A stretch of DNA of 63,933 bases, the filler included, from Thelocarpon superellum (taxonomy: Eukaryota): the NCBI GenBank assembly GCA_026025795.1. It is 7 parts of 7 records of this genome, joined end to end, with 100 filler letters (N's around TTAATTAATTAA, not from the genome) between each part and the next. Parts side by side here need not be neighbours in the genome. Positions count along the whole stretch, not along the records: positions 1 to 9,256 come from JAPEUG010000575.1; 6 more parts are not named here. The stretch is one strand, 5' to 3'. Shown here in pieces: positions 1-9,356 of the stretch (position 1 is the stretch's first letter; every line of letters starts with the position of its first letter). The notes under the pieces were generated by a model. The model worked only from the letters and a program-made list of their open reading frames with translations, had not been told where the DNA came from and made no database searches. A program made the position numbers and the translations under genes.

Positions 1-421
1 CATCATCAACCTAGGTTCAAATGATAGCTTAAGGTCTTGTCTACTTACATCTTTGAGGATTGATAAGTAGAAGCTGTGGTGGTGGAGTTGTAGCTGATTG
101 TGGAGGTAGGGTTGAGAGAAAAGTGGGCGGAAAGTAGGTGAATACTGTTACTACGCGGTCGGCCGTGCTCAAGCTATGTTACCTCAACACTCGGCAGCGT
201 CAGGCACGAACCGCCCTCTAGATACAGGGCAACTGCAGCACTCCGTGGTGCCGCGCTGTGAAAAGCACATAAGGTCATCCTGAGTCGTGACACCGCCAGG
301 GGTCTGGTCATGACAGGAGCAGCAAGAGCAGCAAAGGAGCCATCAAGCTAGTGCAGGGTGGGCGGTGCGCAGTGCGCAGCGGGCAGAACACAGCACGCTG
401 TTCATACGCAGTGGGTGGCGC

Positions 422-2667
422 CTACTGGCTGTCGGTCAGAGTCCACCGCTTCTCCGCCTCGCGTGCACCGACACGAGTAGCTACGGCCATCAGCGTGTCC
501 CGTATCGCATCTTTGGAGGCTTTGGGGAACCTGCGCCACCGTTAGTGCAAGATGAACCACGTCAGATCAGGTCCACCCACCGCTTCTTCAACACCTCGAT
601 GAGTCCCGCCTTGGTCAGGTCGCTTCCCTGCACCGCCAGCCGGAAATTCTCCATGTCGTCGGGACCGATCAAGCGCTTCTGGGCAAGGTGCGGCTTTGCC
701 GACGACCGCTGTGTCGACACAAGTCCCGGCCCTTTCAGGCCCGACTTCGCCAGCATCAACATCGGATTGCTGGCCGCACTAGATCCCTTGACTGCATGGA
801 GCGGCATCCGCGGTAGGCTCGTCTGCGCGGCTCCAACCGGCCCATCCGACCCGCTCCGCTCGAGGGCAGACGTGGACGAGGCCATGCCCTCCCGCGGCAT
901 CGTTGACCGAGGCAGGGCGAAGGGGTCGATGGGAAAGCTGAGGTCATCTGGATGAGAAGATTAGCAAGATCGTTCCCAGGGTCAATCGTGTAGGGGATAC
1001 CGACAAGGAATCAGCTCGAGGCGGTGCGCTCCCACGTCGACCGAGCTTCTTTCCTCGGAGGTGACGGCATCGCCCCGCTCATCCGCCCAGCATAGGCCGC
1101 TGCACACCGGTTCCAGGTCACCGCCCGTCACTCGTCGTTTGCCGCCCGCCGTGCCGGCCGGAACCGTGACACCTTCATCATCGAGGAAGTCGTGGAGATC
1201 CTCGCCGTCTTCTTCGCTGGCTCCATCGTCCTCGCCTTCAGAGTCAAGGTCCTCCCCGTCCTCAGGATCCGGCTCCTCCCATTCCGCTTCGGAATCGTAG
1301 TCATAGTTGGTGTCAGGTAAGGCGCGCTGGAAAGGATTCCGGCCGCGAGCAAGCGACGAGCTGGCCGGAGGTCGCTTGCTGTACGTGCCCCGGTATGGCG
1401 GTCGCACGTCTTCCGCAAATTGGAGCACCTTCACTGGAATCGTCTGCAACACGTCTTCCGGTCGGGATGCCGACCTGCCGTGCGACTCGTCCGTCAGGGG
1501 AAGATCAACCGGGTGAGTGGCGGATTCAAGCATTTTTTCGACGAGCTGCTTCGTCGTCGCCGTCGGCACGAGCGGGGTCCGGCGGCGGCGGATGAAAAGG
1601 GCACGTAGAGCGTGGCGTGACCGTGAGAGCCCAAGCGCCTCCTCAGCGGGTGCGGGTGCGTCTGTCGGTTCGAGGCACGCGTCGATGCGGGCATGTGCCG
1701 CTTGTTGAGCATCCTCGTCTGGACGAAGGCCTGGGTACGGAGCCAGCGAGACGTGGGACTGGAGGAAGAAGGGCGGGAAAGTTCGTTCGTAGTCGCTTTG
1801 ACTGCGCTTGGACGGTGAAGATGATGCCTCGCCCGACTCGACCGATGCGTCCTCACGTGCTTCGCGCGAGTTCGGGCGGATGGGGCTGCTGCCCAAGAAG
1901 CTCGCGCCCCGCCCAGCTGCGGTTCGCGAGGTTTCTGGGCTAGAGGTCGTCGGCCTGACGAAGAAGGCGTTCAATCGTAGCTGGGCCTGCAGCGGGCGTC
2001 AGCCATCAAACGCCTGCTTAATACCACATCAGTCGAGCCCGACCTTTTCTTTCTTCAGCTTCTCTTCTTCCTTGATCTTCTTCTCTTCCTCCTTCGCCCG
2101 CTTCTCTTCCTCCTTTGCCCGCTTCTCTTCCTCCTTGACCCGCTTCTCTTCTTCCTTGAGGTTCTTCTTCTCCTCTCGGACTTGGTCCTTTCGCCGTTTC
2201 TCCACCTCGCGCTCTTGATCCTTGCGGCGCTTCTCCTCTTCCTTCTGCCGTCGCTCGTCCTCTTTCACCCGTTTGGCCTCTTCTCGTTTGGCTCTCTGCG
2301 GGGCGAGGGTTATGATCTGGCGCGGCGTAGACTTCTGCGAATGAGAACGTACCTGCTCAGCCTTGGCCTTCTCGGCCTCGTCCTTGCTTCGGCGCTTCTC
2401 TTCCTTTTCCGACACGGTGAGCTTCCGGCGCTTGACCGGCGGGTCGCCGGCGACCACCGGCGCGCCCACGTGGCCATTGAGGGATGCAGCGCTACTCGGA
2501 GCGGGCGATATCGCATGAATGTCAGACTCGCCCGGGATGTCATCATCAACCGGGTCGGGAGAAGGAGAAGCACGCTTGACCGAGGTCCGGGGGCTGTGCG
2601 GGCGCTGGGACGCCATCACCATAGGTGAGTGCGAACCGGTCATCTTTGCCACAGCAACGGAGGTCAT
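422..2667 (-). CDS. RLF2: Chromatin assembly factor 1 large subunit (p90/Cac1/CHAF1A), 5 exons
   Basis: KER coiled-coil run (EEKRAKEEEK repeats), motifs LQFAEDVRPPYRGT and NYDYDSEAEWEE, acidic ED tract, C-terminal winged-helix-like segment (LTKAGLIEVLKKRF). ORFs 2029-2667, 982-1974 and 562-900 are joined by GT-AG introns. Stop TAG at 422-424. Confidence 0.92.
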
Positions 2668-2940
2668 GCGACGATCATGGAGCAGCTCGCGTCCTCAAAC
2701 CCCGCCGAGCGATTGATGGGCCGTGGGACTGGGCTGAAGAAGGGTTCTTGACAGCGGGCGGTGACGCTCGGAGCGTGTTGAAGCTAAGTGGTGGACGCGT
2801 CGCGCCGTTACTGTCGCTTGCCACTTTACGCGACCCCGTCGTGCTCGTTTGGGCCAGATGAGAGAGCCCGACAAGTCCATCACGCCAGCGCGCCTGTGTT
2901 GGAAGATGACATGATCAGTGATTGCTCATAGGAGAGCTCA

Positions 2941-3084
2941 TGTTATGCCTTCAGCAGGACATGAATGAGTTTGTTATTCCATCTAGCTAGCTATCCAACA
3001 GTGGGATACACCCAGGCTAGTCCTGGGATCACCTGACTGCAAAGTCAGGTGACTATCATGGCACGTCAGGTTAACCACGTGACA
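2941..3084 (+). mobile_element. Short solo-LTR-like element (family copy 1), nested in the copia 5' LTR
   Basis: TGTTATGCC..CCACGTGACA, flanked by GCTCA/GCTGA (4 of 5 match). Clearly similar to the copies at 45657-45777 and 56708-56827. Confidence 0.78.
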
Positions 3085-3208
3085 GCTGAGTGGGAAACGC
3101 CGCCTTCGGCGTTCCAATAATATGTCATTTGGTGTAGGGGGACCTAGGCACAATTTTGGAGATTAGCCGTAATACTATCCACGCTGATTCCTGCCTGCGC
3201 GATAGGTT

Positions 3209-4710
3209 ATGAGCCCGGATATCGCGCGGAACCAGTCAATAGCCCTGGCTCCGGAAGACCAGTCAGCAACGGATTCCCAACGAGAGTCTGATATCGAGAA
3301 GCTCACCTCGAAGAACTACCCACTGTGGCAACAGACGGTGAAGCGCGGGCTGCACTCAAGAAGGTGTGGACAATTGTGACAGGAAAGAGAGAACACCGTG
3401 CCACGAGGACGGACCGCAAAGCAACAGAGGAAGAGATCGAGAACTGGGATTTCCAAAGGTCCCACACGCTAATGACCATCGTCAAACACGTCAGCAAGGA
3501 ACCACGGGGCCTCACACTGGGAGTTGAGGACCCACATACCTTGTTAGAGAAGCTCCGATCAAACCATTATGGCTCGACCTACCCGGAATATAAACCTTCT
3601 TCTCGAACTCCTCAATTAGCAGCGGATGGACGGTGAAGGCGCTGTCGCAGCAGGATCCAGACTCCAGCATCTACTCTTCGAACTGTCAGCATCAGACGAC
3701 AACTATGAGGCCGAGACGCTCAGGCGCTACGCAGAGAAGATGGCGAAGATCATCTTTATCCGCAACCTACCTGCCTCGAGCGCCTTCCTCGCAGACGCCT
3801 TCCTCAACGAGGCGGACGTCAGCCTCGATGATATGATATCCCGAGCCAGACGGGCAGAGGAGAGAGAGTATGTGAAGGGACCTGGACAATCGCCAGCCCT
3901 GATCACTCGAGGCAGACCGAGCCAGCGAAAGGGGAAGAAGAAGTCCACCGGGCCTCCATGCGACCACTGCGGGAGGACAAACCACCTCGCGAGGCTCTGC
4001 CCCTCCCCAGGGAAGCAGCAACAGCATCTCCACGGGAGGAGCAGGACCCTCCGACGCGAGATCCACAGCTCACCCGCCCCTGTATTCCCGAGGGAAGAGC
4101 CAGTCAAAATCGGAACACACGCGTATCACCCACACACAGACGATCAGTATAAGCAGCACGTCCTTCAGCGAGGAGAAGACCTTGCTTGTGAGCGCCGGAC
4201 GCTCTTCAGAGAAACGGGATCCGTCATGGATCCTGAGCTCCGCGGCGACGTGCCATATGACTGGGGATAGATCCCTGTTCGGCACGTTAGCTACGGACAG
4301 AACCTTGGTGTGGACGGCAAGCCAGCCCATGGAAGCGGAAGGGAGAGGCGGCGTCCGGATCCACCTACCTGGAAGGAAGTCGGGAGGAACTCACCTCACG
4401 ATCAGGAAGGTATTGTACGTCCCGTCGCTAAGATCCAACCTCCTCTCCCTCTGGCAGCTCCAGGAATCGGGAGCGGAGATCCAATTCCACGCCGACGGTA
4501 TCACCATCACTAAGAATGGCACGTACTTCGGATCCGCGAGAAAGGACCGCTCCAAGAGGCAGTACATCCTCCACGCCATCGACGGGCTTTCGGAAGAGTC
4601 CGCCCTTGTCGGCGAGGGCCAGACCCCGACGTCATCCTAGGACCGGCTGAATCTCTGGCACCAGATGCTCGGCCACCCAGGGATCGCCAACCTTCGTGAA
4701 GCTCTAGGTG
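3209..4710 (+). pseudogene. Frameshifted copia gag-protease-pre-integrase remnant
   Basis: IEKLTSKNYPLW (gag N-terminus), zinc knuckle CDHCGRTNHLARLC (CX2CX4HX4C), protease-like WILSSAATCHMTGDRSLF (catalytic D lost), VLYVPSLRSNLLS and LWHQMLGHP (GAG-pre-integrase WHxRLGH). These are split over several frames with stops. Confidence 0.88.
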
Positions 4711-5583
4711 TGGATGAGAACGATGAGGTTGGAAACCGCGGAGGTCGGTAGGGCAGTTAGTCCTGCCGACCTACTTCAACTCACCCAAGTTCCGCATGTG
4801 GGATATCACTCGCTTTACCAATGCTTTCAGTGCCTATAGGCATCATGGCACAGCGGTCAACTATCCCCTGTTTATCAGAGAGGGTGGGGATGCGGGTCGG
4901 CACAGCGGAGCCATCTTTTTGGATTTTCTGCATTGCTTCCTACGTGGTGATATTTCCTATCTGGGCAAACCCCCGCTGATTCCTGCCTGTGTAAAGAGCC
5001 TGTGATATGTCTGAGACATGATGTGGTTGCTGTGGTGTGCATTCCACGGTTTTCCTTCGATTTCAATATGGAACGGAAATCACTTAGTTGAGCAAAACGT
5101 GGCGCATTGTCATGTTGCCTACTTGACACTTCAACGGGATATGGCAGTGCGGGTGCTGGTGGTGGATGTGGAGCTATTACATATCCATCCGATCGCACCA
5201 GCTGTGTATTCGGCTTTCATCTATGGGACAAGGAGAGAGTGTTCTTTGATCCCACATCAAAAGCCATCAAGTCAGATGCTTCGCCCCTAACGCTAGATCC
5301 TCACGCAGCCTTATCAAAGCCCTCACACAAATGAAACCCCTTATCCTACACGTCTTCACCAGTACTAAAATCTCCTGCTAGTCCATTCCACCAGATACCG
5401 CCCTTGTATCACGAATTTCAAATTTAGGCAACCAAAATGTCTGAGGTTCTCTTGCGGCTGGTGTGACTGCTCGCCTAGGCGGACATTGGTAGACTGTAGA
5501 CGACTGTAGACGACTGTAGACAGGATTCCTGGCCTTCAGAGCGACCTCCTTCTATGCTACCGCGTTGACAAAGGGACGGAAGC

Positions 5584-7124
5584 ATGGAGAGCCTCGCCAT
5601 ACAATCCGAAGACATCGGCGTCATTCATGCCCTGCATGCAGGAGCACCAGATCAGTCGGTGGAGCGGGACCGGCGAGTCCAAAAGTCGCGAGGGACTCGG
5701 CGAAGATGCTAACACGCGCACCGAGATAGGGGCTGGATCCTCTCAAGGCTGGACGAAGTATTCCATTCCATCGTCACCTCTATCCTCGCCGGGCACGAGA
5801 AAGTCACCATCAAGTTGAAAAGACGCTTGACCGGCTCCTATGCCATTGGCCCAAAAAACCATCTGATCAGGACGACGGGCGGACAGCGCCTCAGCGGAGT
5901 CTCCTATCCTGGAAAGACGCAGAAAGAAACATGGTCCTTCAGTACGTCAAACGTGGATCACGGCTTGTTCACGGACCACATTTCTGACCCCGCCCTCAAG
6001 CCGTCGTCCTACGTATCTTGAACACGGTGCACGAGGCTTTGACCAACAATACCGTCGTTACAAAGCGGTGATTGTGTACTCGCTCCGACCCTTGGTTCTT
6101 ATAACTCATCTGTGCCAGAGAGATCTTCTACAACGATCCCAAGCTCTACATCCGGCAAGAGGTGGTGGATCGTTATGTAGATGATATCGCCTGTACGCTG
6201 GGTGTCAGACGTGGCTGCCTCAATGTGGTTCGTCTGGCGTCAAAGAAGGTGGGACGAGCCTCGCCATAGGCTGACAATGAAATCCGTCTCAGGTAGCCAC
6301 GGCCAAGGGGCTGGTAGCGGGCGCCATTGTGATCACTCGGAAAGATGGGTCAACGGTCAGCTGTGCGGAGGACGCCCAGGGGCTGCTCATCCCGAATGTC
6401 CGAGAGATCCGATCCATCGACGTCTCGGCTGTAGCCTGGGTTTTGGTGCTGGAAAAAGAGGTGCGGAAGCGACCCATTTTCTTCTGCACGTCGCGGTGCT
6501 GATGATAGGTAGGCGGCCTTTCGGTCGCTGGCCGTCGATTTGCTCTGGCGGCAGGATGGAGGTGGCAGGGGAGGGGTGTTGGTGACGGTCAGACTCACCG
6601 GCGTGTCATCTCACAGGTACCGTGGCTGATCAAACCTCCCGAGGCAGGGCAAAGGGTACCCGGACATCTCCACCCGCGCCTTTCTCCACATTCTGGCGAC
6701 ACAATTTCCCGCCGGCCTCGCCCCACCCATCTTTGCTTTGGTGGATCTGGATCCAGATGGGGTCAGCATCATGTCAACGTACAAGTACGGGTCGGCTGCG
6801 CTCGCTCACGAGAATGCCCATCTTCATGTGCCAGGATTGCAATGGCTGGGTGTGCACAGCGCCGATCTGTCCGAGGCTGCTTTCTCCCAAGAGGAAGACG
6901 GCCGTCTATCTTTGACCGCCAGGGACCGACGACGGGCCACCAAACTGCTCGGCAAGGACATTTTTGCCGAGGATGGACCAGAGCGGCTCTGGCGGCGGGA
7001 GGTCCAGGTGATGCTGATGATGAATTGGAAGGCCGAGATCCAGATGCTTGGGCGGGCGGAGGGCGGTCTGGCAACGTACCTCGACGCTCGTCTGGCAATA
7101 ACCGCGGGGGCCGGGCACGGATGA
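5584..7124 (+). CDS. SPO11: Meiotic double-strand-break transesterase Spo11/Rec12, multi-exon
   Basis: Spliced motifs VTKR/EIFYND (catalytic Tyr region), VDRYVDDIACTLGV, VATAKGLVAG, VLVLEKEAAF, GKGYPDISTR, LVDLDPDGVSIMSTYKYGS (TOPRIM DxD) and KAEIQ. The start codon is tentative. Confidence 0.93.
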
Positions 7125-7271
7125 ATAAGGTGGTAAGTGTGCTTCACGATTCGGCTTGCGTAACCTAGCGCCGAGAACTCCGTTGCTCCCAATAGATACA
7201 GACCTCGCCGCTGCGCAATGGGTGACACCCAGCGCCTCCTCGCTATACAATGTTCAGATTGAGTGACGCGG

Positions 7272-7845
7272 TCACAGCCCCAGCACGCGTCGAACACCGT
7301 CCCGCACCACGCGCTCGTACTCGCCCCGGTTGTTCCGCCACATGACCGCGGCCTCGACGTTGGCCGGGCTCTCGTCGTTCGGCTCAGCCAGCATGCTGAC
7401 GACAGAGATCAGGATCTTCTCCACGCTCTGGATGGGACTCCACCGCTCGCTCCTATGCTCGTAGTGATTCGGGTCGTCGCCTGGTGGGTGAAGGATGCTG
7501 ATGCACACCAAGCCGTTGGGGTAGACTGCGCCCCCCACTCATCAGCCACGAGCGAACACACATGCGAGCAATCCACCGCACGTGTGGGACCCTACCGTTG
7601 GGATGCCAGATCTCGCACTCAAACTTCATCCGTGGGGGCGCGATAGGGTAGTCTTTGGGAAAGGTCAGGGTGCACGGGAAGAGGCCGCCTTCAAACGGGG
7701 TTCCCGACGGTCCCGAGAGGAGACAGTCCCAGACGAACAGGTTGTCTTCAGTCGCAGGACCAGCGAGAATGCCTTCCAAGGGATCGGTGGTGATCGCCCG
7801 GTATTCATGGAGCAGTCGCTTCTGGGCTATGGCCTGGGCCGACAT
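7272..7845 (-). CDS. UBC7: Ubiquitin-conjugating enzyme E2 (Ubc7/UBE2G2), 2 exons
   Basis: [43 protein letters not shown], with the catalytic Cys and the Ubc7 acidic loop. Confidence 0.95.
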
Positions 7846-8172
7846 GATGGGAGTACAGCTTGATAATTCAGGGCGAGTGAGGTGGGTTTGGACATTCGTT
7901 GCGCTATTCTCCGTGCACAAAGTGCAATGGGATGGTCGCTGGTGTCTCCGTCGTCTGGAAGAGCGACCCGCAAGACGAGGAGGAAGTCGGTTGGGCGCCG
8001 TGTAAGCTCATCAGAGTCGAGTAGCGTGGCCGTGGATCACTTCAGGCGATTGGCGAGGAACTTGGTCGTCGACCCGTACGAGGTACGAAGTTCTTCATTC
8101 TTCGTCCATAGACGAGACGAGACTCTTGGCCGAGCAAACTCACTTGATCGGCTCTCATCTCGATCTGAAGCC

Positions 8173-8265
8173 ACACAATGATGACGATAATGAGCTCATT
8201 CATTCTCGACTTAGAATGCATCATCCTCGAACCTTGAGATTTACATTCTCTGTGCCCTGAATGTG
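8173..8265 (+). ncRNA. Candidate box C/D snoRNA, target unknown
   Basis: Box C ATGATGA (8178-8184), box D CTGA (8257-8260), short terminal pairing CACA/TGTG and internal hairpin CATTCT..AGAATG. It lies next to a better-supported snoRNA. Confidence 0.5.
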
Positions 8266-8380
8266 CTCGATCAGGCTGCAAGGATGGCCACGCACCCCAC
8301 AATTCATGATTGAGCCTCAACACACACAACGGTTAGTCTTGCCAATGCTTTCTCTTCACAGCGCCTTACTTCACGATATA

Positions 8381-8491
8381 ACTGCGGTGATGATACTACA
8401 TTGTGGCCAAGAGGAGCGGCTCTGACTTTACGTCGCTCCTCGATGCCGGCTCATATTCTCTTTGAGAAGACTACAACGGTATCTGAGCAGT
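8381..8491 (+). ncRNA. snR79: Box C/D snoRNA, snR79-like (18S rRNA Cm1007 guide)
   Basis: Terminal stem ACTGC/GCAGT, box C GTGATGA (8387-8393), box D CTGA (8483-8486). The upstream guide AAGACTACAACGGTAT is complementary to conserved 18S ATACCGTCGTAGTCTT with one mismatch. Confidence 0.82.
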
Positions 8492-8605
8492 CAAGCTTCC
8501 ACGACCGTCTTTACCTGCCACCAATGCAAACCACACAGAATTTTGACCTAGCTGACTCCGGCAGCATAGCATCTTACAGGGCGTTGCGTTGACCTGGTGC
8601 GGAGA

Positions 8606-9256
8606 ATGGCCATGCCCGAGACGGTAACCGCAGAAGCGGGAGCCCCACAGGCCGCTCATGGCGGTCCCCAGGCACCTAGACGACCGCCGCGCCCAAACTA
8701 TCACCGCATCCACGCCCTCCCCATGCCCCTCGCCGTCTACCCACTACCTGCCCTAGTTCTACACAACCCGCTCTCGATTCTGTCCTTTGCTCTGACTTAT
8801 TTTCTGCAATCCTTTCAGTCATGGTCATCCCACCCCAAGCGCCGGCCTTGGGGCTACTTGTCCGTCGAGACACGCTCTGTGCATGTCACCGATCCTGAGA
8901 TCATCCGGGAATTATGGGAAAGGGGGTTCTTTGGCAAGGGGAGCCTCAGTCGGAGTGAGCCGACATGGCTCACCAAGGAGAAGCGGCGGCGAGGCTTGAC
9001 GGCGCACGAGACGAGCGAGGAGTTAACGGCCAAACGACGCCAGGATCGGAGGGAGTTCAAGAATGAACGAGCACGGAAAGAGCGTGAGGCCATCGAGCAG
9101 AAGCTGCAAGAGGAGCGCACCCTCCATTCCGTCTCCGCTAGTGCGACAACTGAGCCGGCGATCACGCAACCACTCACTCGGGTCGACGCATCGAAGGAGA
9201 GCACCGCAGAAGGGGATCCGTGCTTGAGGACGAACGCTGTTCCGGACGGACCCACT
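8606..9256 (+). CDS. SEN2: tRNA-splicing endonuclease subunit Sen2, 3'-truncated at the contig end
   Basis: LWERGFFGKGSLSRSEPTW motif, followed by TSEELTAKRRQDRREFKNERARKERE, typical of Pezizomycotina Sen2. Confidence 0.9.
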
Positions 9257-9356
9257 NNNNNNNNNNNNNNNNNNNNNNNNNNNNNNNNNNNNNNNNNNNN
9301 TTAATTAATTAANNNNNNNNNNNNNNNNNNNNNNNNNNNNNNNNNNNNNNNNNNNN
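9257..9356. other. Artificial contig linker (N44-TTAATTAATTAA-N44)
   Basis: Identical 100-bp spacer with stops in all six frames, found six times. Confidence 0.99.

Larger units (their letters stand above)
2897..4995 (+). mobile_element. Decayed, internally deleted Ty1/copia LTR retrotransposon
   Basis: LTR-like segment TGTTGG(2897)..GCGATA(3204) is followed directly by a copia-type primer binding site GGTTATGAGCCC (3205-3216). Gag, protease and pre-integrase remnants follow. A 16-nt match to the LTR end (CGCTGATTCCTGCCTG) recurs at 4974-4989. No integrase core, RT or RNase H is visible. The 3' boundary is uncertain. Confidence 0.8.

Noticed and set aside
2897..3000. TGTTGGA..TCCAACA perfect 7-bp inverted repeat suggesting a 104-bp MITE
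   Set aside because: No target-site duplication, and the right arm lies inside the family element 2941-3084, where other copies read GCCAACGG.
5018..5334. Short ORFs between the copia relic and SPO11
   Set aside because: No recognisable motif or consistent splice model.
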